Assembly (NCBI GenBank): GCA_963758525.1
Contig: CAVWVQ010000003.1
Span: 3,616,001-3,680,000, forward strand
DNA: 64,000 bases
Direction: 5' to 3'
From: an uncultured Phycisphaerales bacterium
GTDB taxonomy: Bacteria > Planctomycetota > Phycisphaerae > Tepidisphaerales > Tepidisphaeraceae
This document shows, one piece after another, positions 20,392 through 28,887 of this stretch. Every line of letters begins with the position of its first letter. Position 1 is the stretch's first letter. The notes beneath the pieces were generated by a model. That model saw nothing but the letters and a program-made list of their open reading frames with translations, searched no databases and had not been told where the DNA came from. A program made the translations under genes and the position numbers.

Positions 20392-22282
20392 AAGATAATG
20401 CCTGGTGATACTCATTCATCAGCGCCCGGCGGCTGATCAGTCCCACGACCCTTCCGGGCTGTCCTTTTAAACAGACGGGAAGTCTTCCCACTTCAAATTT
20501 CGAGAACGTCTCCATCACACTCGCCAGGTCGTCGGTGATCTGCACGCAGGGGAGTTCCGCCCGGACGAGATCGCGCACCAGCAGCAGCGGTATGGCATCG
20601 CGCTGCAGCAGCGTTGTCTGAATATCCCCGGCGATCACCATTCCCGCATAGTCGCCATCCTTGTCGGTGACAACGAAATCGGTCGCCCCGGTCGAATCCT
20701 CCAGCTCGACGAGCCGCTCAAACGGGGATGAGATCGAAACCGCCGTTACTGGCTCCAACGGAACCTGCTCGACGATGAGCCGGCGCAAAATCGACAGGTC
20801 GCTTCCCGACCCGACGCGCACACCGCGCTGGCGAAGGGTGAGCGTGTAGACGGAGTCGGGAAAGATCAGCCGGGCCGTGCCTGTCGCGGCAATGGTCGCG
20901 AGCATCGCCGGGAGAATGATGTTGTGACGGTCGGTCACTTCGACCAGGATCAGAATTGACGCCAGAGGCGCATGGACGACCGCCGCCAGCACCGCACCCA
21001 TTCCGATCAGCGCATACAAGGATGGAGAAACGTCCGCGGCGATGTGAAGATGCTCGAGCAGCACGCCAACCAGTGCGCCAGCCGTTCCTCCCAAAAACAG
21101 GGAAGGCGCGATGACTCCGCCGCTGCCTCCGCTGGCGAGCGTCAGGCAGCTTCCGACGATCTTCGCCAGGCACAGAAACGTCAGCAGCAGGACCAGTTGC
21201 CAGAAGTGAGCCTGAAATGGCACGTAGAAATCCGGCACGAAGAGCTGCTGCACCGCCCCATATCCGTCGCCATAGAACGCCGGCATCGGATAGTGCCTGA
21301 AATCGATCGGCTTGGCGGAGCCCAGGAAGTACCAGCCGAAAACCATCACGTACACGACGCCGATGATTCCCAGCGCCGCGCCGCCGGCGGCGGGCCGCAG
21401 CGCCCGATGGATGGGCCGGCGATGGAAAAATGCGTCCATTCCGTACATCAGCCTGGTCAGCGCGACGCCCGTCAGGCCGCAGATCACGCCGAGCACCAGA
21501 AAGTTTGGAATGCTCCCCCAGCCCAGAAGAGAGATATCGTCCGCCAGCTTTGATGGCACCTGGAAAATGGCTGCATTGCTCAGCGGACTCAGATGGTGCA
21601 GATGCACGAGCAACGCGCGGGCCGTCACGTTGGAGATCACGCTCGCCAGCACGACCGGGGCGAACGCGCTGATTGAAAAATCGAGCAGGATGATTTCGAG
21701 CGTGAAGAGCACGCCGCCGATTGGCGCATCGAAGATCGCGCTGATGCCCGCCGCGCATCCGCAGCCGATCAGCACCGGAAACTGAGGCCGCGCCACCTGA
21801 AACAGCAGTCCAACGCCCGACGCGATTGCCGCTCCGATCTGGACGATCGGCCCTTCGGCGCCGGCAGATCCTCCGCTGCCGATCGTGATGGCGCTGGTCA
21901 GAATCTTTTCGATCGCGGAGCCGGGTTTGATGACGCCGTTATTCCGCATGACCGATTCCATCACGTCAACAACGCCATGTCCCTCCCGGCTCCTGGAGAT
22001 GTAGACGACGATCACGCCGACGAGCAGTCCGCCCAGCGCGGGAAACAGGATGAGCAGCGGAATCCCTCTGCCATACAGGAATTCGGGAGTGAAGTGGCGA
22101 TAGAGCAGATCGCGCAGCAGGTTGATTAATTCGTGGAAGCCGACCGCCGCTGCCCCAGTCACGATGCCCACAATCAGCGCCAGCGGCAGCAGAATTGAAT
22201 TTTCCCCCAGACCCAGGCGCACCATGGCACGCGTCATCAGCAGACGAAACCGAAGGCCAACCGCGGGAATCACTGCGGGCAT
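20387..22282 (-). CDS. ClC family chloride channel/transporter with CBS domains
   Basis: GSGGSAGAEGPIVQIG, GGSGGVIAPSLFLG, many TM segments, C-terminal CBS pair. Confidence 0.92.
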   Translation of the reverse strand: MPAVIPAVGLRFRLLMTRAMVRLGLGENSILLPLALIVGIVTGAAAVGFHELINLLRDLLYRHFTPEFLYGRGIPLLILFPALGGLLVGVIVVYISRSREGHGVVDVMESVMRNNGVIKPGSAIEKILTSAITIGSGGSAGAEGPIVQIGAAIASGVGLLFQVARPQFPVLIGCGCAAGISAIFDAPIGGVLFTLEIILLDFSISAFAPVVLASVISNVTARALLVHLHHLSPLSNAAIFQVPSKLADDISLLGWGSIPNFLVLGVICGLTGVALTRLMYGMDAFFHRRPIHRALRPAAGGAALGIIGVVYVMVFGWYFLGSAKPIDFRHYPMPAFYGDGYGAVQQLFVPDFYVPFQAHFWQLVLLLTFLCLAKIVGSCLTLASGGSGGVIAPSLFLGGTAGALVGVLLEHLHIAADVSPSLYALIGMGAVLAAVVHAPLASILILVEVTDRHNIILPAMLATIAATGTARLIFPDSVYTLTLRQRGVRVGSGSDLSILRRLIVEQVPLEPVTAVSISSPFERLVELEDSTGATDFVVTDKDGDYAGMVIAGDIQTTLLQRDAIPLLLVRDLVRAELPCVQITDDLASVMETFSKFEVGRLPVCLKGQPGRVVGLISRRALMNEYHQALSS

Positions 22283-22301
22283 GGCGGGAGGATAAGGGAA
22301 A

Positions 22302-22541
22302 GGGTTCAGGGTGTCAGGGTCTAGGAGGGTTCAGGGTTCAGGGTTCAGGGTTCAAGGTTCAGGGTTCAGGGTTCAGGGTTCAGGGTTCAGGGTTCAGGGT
22401 TCAGGGTTCAGGGTTCAGGGTTCAGGGTTCAAGGTTCAAGGTTCAAGGTTCAAGGTTCAAAGGACAGGGCATCCCGTCCTGAACCCTGAACCCTGACACC
22501 CTGAACCTGACACACCCTGAACCCTCCTGGACCCTGAACCC
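22302..22541. repeat. Heptamer tandem repeat (RGGTTCA)x19 with inverted (TGAACCC)n arm
   Basis: 19 contiguous units at 22327-22459; reverse-complement units at about 22479-22541. Confidence 0.95.
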
Positions 22542-22594
22542 TTCTGAAGCTCCTTCGGTTTGACTCCGCCGTACACCACGATTAGCGTGAACGC

Positions 22595-23713
22595 GTGCCC
22601 GCATCGGCAAAAAAAGTGATTGTTGCGATGAGCGGCGGAGTCGATAGCTCCGTCGCGGCGGCGTTGCTGCGCCAACAGGGGTACGACGTGATTGGCGTCT
22701 TCATGCGGCTCGGATCGCCCAAAGGCGTCGAGCAGGCTGAAACCTGTGACACCGGCACCGAGAAGTCGAACAAGCAGGGGTGCTGCTCCGTGCTCGACGC
22801 CGACGATGCGCGGCGCGTGGCTGCGGCGCTGGATATTCCTTTCTATGTTCTCAATTTCGAGGAGGATTTCGGCCGGGTCATCGATTATTTCGTCGACGAA
22901 TACAATCGCGGCCGCACGCCCAATCCCTGTGTGCGGTGCAACGACTGGCTGAAGTTCGGCAAGCTCTTTCAATACGCCCAGGCGGTTGGCGCGGATTTCG
23001 TCGCCAGCGGACATTATGCGCGCATCGGCTCCATCAACTGCCGACCCCGTCTGCTGCGCGGTCTCGATACGCGCAAGGACCAGAGTTATGTCCTGTTTGG
23101 GATGCGACGCGAGGCGATCGCGCACACGCTGCTGCCGATTGGGGAATTCGAAAAACATGACGTGCGCGCAATCGCTCGGGAAATGAATCTCCCCGTCTAC
23201 AACAAGCCGGATTCGCAGGAGATTTGTTTCGTTCCGAATCAGGATTACGCCGGACTGGTGCGCCGTCGGACGCCACAGCGCTTTCGCGAAGGACAGTTCG
23301 TGACCACCGCCGGCAAGGTCGTTGGCCAGCATGAGGGGCACCAGCAGTTCACCATCGGGCAGCGCAAGGGGCTGGGCGTGGCGCTCGGATATCCCGTATA
23401 CGTCGTGGATATCGATCCCGCCGCGAACCGGGTGACACTGGGAGGCTCTGAATCGCTGGTGCACCGATCGCTGGTGGCCGGGCAATTGAATTTGCACGAT
23501 GAGCGCCTGGGGGCCGGCGAGACGGTCTCCTGCACCGCGAAGATTCGCTATGGTCATCTGCCGCAGCCAGCGACGGCGACGCTGCGAGGCGCGGACGAGT
23601 TATTCGTCCGGTTCGAACAACCGCAAAGCGCCATCACGCCGGGGCAGGCCGTTGTGTTGTATGACGGCGATATGGTGCTCGGCGGCGGGTGGATCGATTC
23701 GAGCAGCGACTGA
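22595..23713 (+). CDS. mnmA: tRNA 2-thiouridylase MnmA
   Basis: AMSGGVDSSV, GRTPNPCVRCN, ASGHYAR, KDQSY, DSQEICF, TPGQAVVLY. Confidence 0.96.
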   Translation: MPASAKKVIVAMSGGVDSSVAAALLRQQGYDVIGVFMRLGSPKGVEQAETCDTGTEKSNKQGCCSVLDADDARRVAAALDIPFYVLNFEEDFGRVIDYFVDEYNRGRTPNPCVRCNDWLKFGKLFQYAQAVGADFVASGHYARIGSINCRPRLLRGLDTRKDQSYVLFGMRREAIAHTLLPIGEFEKHDVRAIAREMNLPVYNKPDSQEICFVPNQDYAGLVRRRTPQRFREGQFVTTAGKVVGQHEGHQQFTIGQRKGLGVALGYPVYVVDIDPAANRVTLGGSESLVHRSLVAGQLNLHDERLGAGETVSCTAKIRYGHLPQPATATLRGADELFVRFEQPQSAITPGQAVVLYDGDMVLGGGWIDSSSD

Positions 23714-23823
23714 CGCTTGCTGAATGAAGGTGCGCGAGCACGCGCCCAGGCCGGAACAACGCTCCCATCCGGGCGGCCGATGCGTGGTATTTGGAGGGCG
23801 CGAGACCGCGCAGGTTTTTCAGC

Positions 23824-24744
23824 ATGCTTCGTCGTAACGTCCTCATCTTTCATTCCGGCGCGCTGGGAGATTTCATCGTGACCTGGCCGCTGGCGTTGGC
23901 GCTGGCCCGACTCTTCCCGCAAAGCCGAATTTATTACGTCGCCGCGAGTCAGAAAGGCGCTTTGGCGGAGCGCGTTCTGCGACTGGAATCCGCCGACGCC
24001 GAATCGGGATGGCATGCGCTCTTTTCCCAGACGCCGGCGCTGCCCGAACCGGCGATGAAGCTTCTCACCAACGCGCACACCGTCCTGAGTTTCATTGCCG
24101 CGCCGCACGACCGTTGGACGGAAAATGTGCGATCGCTGGCTCCCGGCGCCAATCTGATCTGCGTCAACACGATCGTCCCGGCAAATTTCACCGGCCACGT
24201 CACCGACTGGCTCGTCGAGCAGTGGGGTGGCTGGGCCGCGGGACAGGCCGCCGCCAGCCAGATCCTCCAATCGCTCGCATCGCGCGCACTCCCGCTGGCG
24301 CGCACCGGACGGAACATCATCCTGATCCATCCAGGCGCAGGCTCGGAAGCCAAGTGCTGGCCTGCGGCTCATTTTCTGGCGCTGGCGCGTCGGCTCGCCG
24401 GGGACGGTCGCCGCGTCCGACTTCTGCTGGGTGAAGCCGAGATCGAACGCTGGCCGGCCGACCGCGTCGCGGAGTTTCAGGCTGTTTGCGACGTCGTGCG
24501 CCCCGCGAGCTACGTCGAGCTGTTGAACCACCTTGCCGACGCCGCAACTTTCGTGGGCAACGACAGCGGCCCCGGCCATCTCGCGGGCATCGTCGGCATT
24601 CGCGCCATTTCGCTCTTCGCCGGAACCGATCCCAACCGCTGGAAGCCCCTGGGACCGGATGTGCACGTACTTCCCGGCGTGCCGGATCAATTGTCAGTCG
24701 ATACCGTCTGTGAAGCCGTGCTCGCGACCCATCGAGGATCGTAA
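23824..24744 (+). CDS. Glycosyltransferase family 9 (heptosyltransferase-like)
   Basis: GALGDFI, IHPGAGSEAKCWP, FVGNDSGPGHLA. Confidence 0.9.
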   Translation: MLRRNVLIFHSGALGDFIVTWPLALALARLFPQSRIYYVAASQKGALAERVLRLESADAESGWHALFSQTPALPEPAMKLLTNAHTVLSFIAAPHDRWTENVRSLAPGANLICVNTIVPANFTGHVTDWLVEQWGGWAAGQAAASQILQSLASRALPLARTGRNIILIHPGAGSEAKCWPAAHFLALARRLAGDGRRVRLLLGEAEIERWPADRVAEFQAVCDVVRPASYVELLNHLADAATFVGNDSGPGHLAGIVGIRAISLFAGTDPNRWKPLGPDVHVLPGVPDQLSVDTVCEAVLATHRGS

Positions 24745-24892
24745 ACTGTGCGATCAATGCTCCTCAGCGGAAGCGTTTTCACAGCAAATCGCAGACAGCG
24801 CCGGTGTCCCTCGCACCCGTCAGACTTCCCCATCACAAATTCCCTGTGACAGGCTGCAACTTTAAATCGCGGCAATTGTGGATCGTGCGTTC

Positions 24893-25569
24893 GTAGGGCG
24901 GGATTCATCCCGCCGTTCCTCGGCCGGGCCGACAAATCGGCGGGATGAATCCCGCCCTACTCGGAGCTGATCGCCACTTTCGAGCGCCATACTCAGTGAC
25001 ATTCCTCGCGGCACTTTCCCGTGGCACGGGCGTCCCGCCCGTGTTAGCGACGTGGGAGTCAGAAGATCTTGGTTATCGATGGTTTCCGACTCGCAGCGCA
25101 GTTTGTAGGGCGGGATTCATCCCGCCGTTCCTCGGCTGGGCCGACAAATCGGCGGGATGAATCCCGCCCTACTCGGAGCTGATCGCCACTTCCGAGCGCC
25201 ACACTCAGTGACATTCCGCGCGGCACTTTCCCGTGGCACGGGCTTCCAGCGCGTCCCGCCCGTGTTAGCGACGCGGGAGTGAGAAGATCTTGGCATCGAT
25301 GGTTTCCGACGCTCAGCGCAGTTTGTAGTTTGTAGGGCGGGATTCATCCCGCCGTTCCTCGGCTGGGCCACCAATCGGCGGGATGAATCCCGCCCTACTC
25401 GGAGCTGATCGCCACTTCCGAGCGTCACACTCTGTGACATTCCGCGCGGCACTTTCCCGTGGCACGGGCGTCCCGCCCGTGTTAGCGACGCGGGAGTCAG
25501 AAGATCTTGGTATCGATGGTTTCTTACGCTCAGCGCAGCTAACACGGGCAAGATGCCCGTGCCACGGGG
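24893..25569. repeat. Three tandem mosaic REP units (GTAG REPIN plus family-B REP), periods 212 and 227 bp
   Basis: GTAGGGCGGGATTCATCCCGCC starts at 24893, 25105 and 25332, each with its inverted partner and near-identical linkers. Confidence 0.95.
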
Positions 25570-25673
25570 AAGACGAACTTCCGAGGTCGACTCGTGCGGA
25601 AAATGCGCCGCAACTGGATATAATTTCCCGCGGTGTCCATGCGATCATCGAACGTTGAAACGGCGCCGGAGCA

Positions 25674-27091
25674 ATGATGAGTTCGATCACCCGACGGGAA
25701 ATGTTACGGCGCGCGACGCTGGGATTCGGCAGCGTGGCGCTCATGGATTTGTTGTCGCCGTCGGCGCTGGCCGGCCCGCTCACCGCCAGGGCGCCCGACT
25801 TCGCTCCAAAAGCGCGACGCATCATCTACATCTTCCTCGACGGCGGCCTCTCCTCAATCGATTCTTACGACTACAAGCCGCTGCTGCAGCGCGACGACGG
25901 CAAGCCGCTCCCGGCGTCGATCGCCAGGCCGCGGTTCGCGTTCGCGCCGACGGGGCAGCTTCTGCGCAGCCCATTCGAGTGGAAGCGGTGGGGCAATCGC
26001 GGGATGTGGGCTTCGGACCTCTTCCCTCAGATCAACTCCCAGATCGACGACCTCTGCTTCGTGCATTCACTGCACCATGACAATGAAGATCATTTCACTG
26101 CGAAAAATATGATGGCCACTGGCTCCGGCCGCGAGCCTCGCCCGGCCATTGGATCGTGGGTTGCGTACGGCTTGGGGACGGAAAACGAGAATCTCCCCGC
26201 GTTTGTCGAGATCATGCCCGGAACGCCAAAGAGCACGCCGTCTGCCTTCCTGCCGGCAAGGTACGCGAGCACGCCGATCGGGCGGCCCGATGATCGCGCC
26301 CCCGATCGCGCTGGGAAAATCTTCCGCCCAGCGCATCGGCCTCCGCCCGCGCGGGAGATCGGCTCAACCTGGTTCGCATGATGGATCGCGACCGCGCGGC
26401 CCGTGCCGGGTTGGATCGCGCCCTTGAAGGGGAAATTCAGAACATGGAGCTGGCGTTTCGCATGCAGACCGAAGCGCCGCGGATCATGTCGATGGACGGA
26501 GAATCCCAGGCGACGCGCGCGCTCTACGGCATCGGTGAATCGATGACCGACGATTTCGGCCGCGCGTGTTTGATGGCCCGCAGATTTGCCGAGGGTGGCG
26601 TGCGATACATCACGCTGATGCACTCCACCCGCCAATTCGGAAACCTCTGGGATCAGCACAAAAACCTGTACGAGGGCCATCGAAGCAACGCCATGGCAGT
26701 TGATGTTCCGATCGCGGGCCTTCTTCGCGATCTCAAGAGCCGGGGATTGCTCGACGACACGCTGGTGATGTGCGGGAGCGAATTCGGCCGTACTCCCGTT
26801 TTCGAGTTTCAGGATGGCAACGAAGGCCGCCTGCGCAACGGCCGGGACCACAATCCGCACGGATTCACGATGTGGTTTGCCGGCGGCGGCACGCGGCCAG
26901 GATTGAATTACGGGGCTACCGACGACTACGGCTACTACGCTGCCGTCGACAAAGTGACGGTTCCCGATCTCCACGCGACGATTCTGCACGCCATGGGGCT
27001 GAACCACGAGAAGCTCACGTACCGTTACGGAGGCCGCGACTATCGGCTGACCGACGTGTCGGGGGAAGTGAAGCCGATCTTCCAGACGTGA
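25674..27091 (+). CDS. DUF1501 family protein (Tat-type signal; frameshifted at about 26300-26380)
   Basis: [40 protein letters not shown], then EFGRTP..GRDHNP..AGGG in another frame. Confidence 0.85.
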
Positions 27092-27131
27092 CTGCCGCGA
27101 GGGGCAAATTCAGCGGCACGCGTCGCACCTG

Positions 27132-28600
27132 TCATCGTGGAACGATGAGCTGGCACACATCGTACGCAGACAACTCAACGCGACGATCTGCAAGAGGTTC
27201 AGATTTGTCACCTGCTGCTGGGTGACTCACTCTGATGGAAGCGCCGGCGGCAAGTCCGTCGATTATCACAACGCGGGCCTGATCGGATCGATTCACGAGC
27301 CAGAGCGTCGTGGTTCCGATGTCGTTCATGGCAAACGCATCGACATCGCGATTCGGCATCACCGTCACATCGACCAACGGCTTGCCTGCCAATTCTTTGA
27401 ACAGCGCGATAATCCTGCTCGCTTGCGGCGTTGAATCCCGGAACGCGGCTTCGTCGATTTCCCCGAGCGACAGCGATTTGATTGCGCCAGCCGTCCAGGC
27501 AGCACCGAAGTCGAGCGGCCGGGCAATTGCCGGCCACGCGCCATCAGGCCAGATTGGACCGACCCGAAGCAGCGCCCGCGGAGCAAAGGTGCGCACGGTC
27601 CGCGCCTGGGCGATGATCGCCGAGAGATTCTCCATCGCCGTGTCGTTATCCGGCAGATGTGTGCCGGTCGTCCATTTCCAGGTGACGGCCGTTGCATCCT
27701 TGAAACGGTCGCGATGCCCGTTCAAAGCGAGAAAGCTCGCTGCCTCGCTGAAGCGGTCAGGTGAGCTGATCGCGCACAGACGCGCGCCGGGGATTGGGGA
27801 ACCGATTCGGACGTGCACGGCCTCGTCCGTCGGCGCGGTCGTCGCCGGCGGCGCCGATTCGACACGCAGCGTCAATGTCTGCGTGAGAGCCTGGCCCTTT
27901 TCAATCCTGGGATAGGCATACGGCATCGGATTGTACGCTTTGAACGAAGAGTCGCCGTAGTTGCGCTGATCTTCCATGTCGAAGGTCGACTCGGCGATGC
28001 CGCAGGAAACGTGAAGGGCGTCGATCGCGTACCGCAACGTGTGAAAGCGCAACGCGACCAGCGCCGGCGACACCAGTTCAGGAAACTGGCCTGGCGCGGC
28101 ATGGCCCTGCTCGTCGAGAGTTTCGAATTTCTGTCCCGCCAATGAGTCGCTGCCGTAGAGAACGCACAGTCCGATGCGGGCGGACGTGCCGTCCGCGGGA
28201 GCCGATCCGGTGACACGGAACTCGATTGTGCCATCCGCGGATCCCGTAACGTCTGCCGTCCAGTTGTACGAAATCGTCTTTCCCTGACACGACGCCGAAA
28301 GATGAATCGCAAAATGATCCTCTGCCGCCTCGACTCTCGCCGCACTAAAGCTAGGCATATCGGTGGCGGCAAACTTCGCCTCGCGGACGCCGAAGTAAAT
28401 TCGCCGGACGATCTCGCGGCCGCCCACGCGCAGGTAGCGCAGCTCTCCATCCTGATACTTGAGCGTAATGGGGCCGGCACGCAGCGTCATGGCAGCAGTG
28501 TCGATAGGCTTGGACGCGGGTTGGGTGCTATCAGCAGCAAGGGCACACACAGTCGATGCTAGGCACACGCATAGCGTGCTGAAAAACGTGGCCCACGCGT
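27132..28600 (-). CDS. Hypothetical, probably exported protein resembling the D-apionate lactonase (ApnL) family; start uncertain
   Basis: LRAGPITL..GELRYLRVGGREIVRRIY and FDMEDQRNYGDSSFKAY resemble ApnL-like motifs (from recall, not searched); signal-like FFSTLCVCLASTVCALA. Confidence 0.55.
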
Positions 28601-28644
28601 TCGCGCTCCGCGCGCGTGGAGGGCAGATTCTCGGGATGCGGTCT

Positions 28645-28748
28645 TCCCCCTCCCCTGGTACTCCGGGGGAGGGCTGGGGTGGGGGCCGAACTTGCGATCG
28701 GCGCGGTCTGCCCCCATCTCCATCCTCCCCCGGAGTACCAGGGGAGGA
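28645..28748. repeat. REPIN-like element, family D (CCCCTGGTACTCCGGGGGA)
   Basis: cctcccctggtactccggggga ... tcccccggagtaccaggggagg. Confidence 0.85.
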
Positions 28749-28887
28749 AAGAGGAACTGCATTCCCGAAAATCTCCTCACGCCTTGAATCTGAAACAATT
28801 CGACCTCCTGCTGGCGTGAGCATAACCGAGCCGTGTATAAACAGCGGAGCCAACGTTGCGAATTTGCGAGCGCTGGCCGGAGGTCGA

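Noticed and set aside
22195..22496. Repeat-protein ORFs (VQGSGFR)n, also (PSSLRPFV)n near 62.7-63.1 kb and RHEGT near 18.8-19.0 kb
   Set aside because: They are translations of non-triplet DNA repeats that stay open in several frames.
24893..25569. CRISPR array
   Set aside because: Periods are 212-227 bp, the intervening sequences are near-identical rather than unique spacers, and there are no cas genes in the window.
28459..28887. N-terminal extensions of ORF-track calls (GH63-like from 28459, membrane protein from 50021, UvrC-like from 61315, phosphoesterase from 51512)
   Set aside because: They overlap other genes or repeats; downstream starts fit the domain boundaries better.
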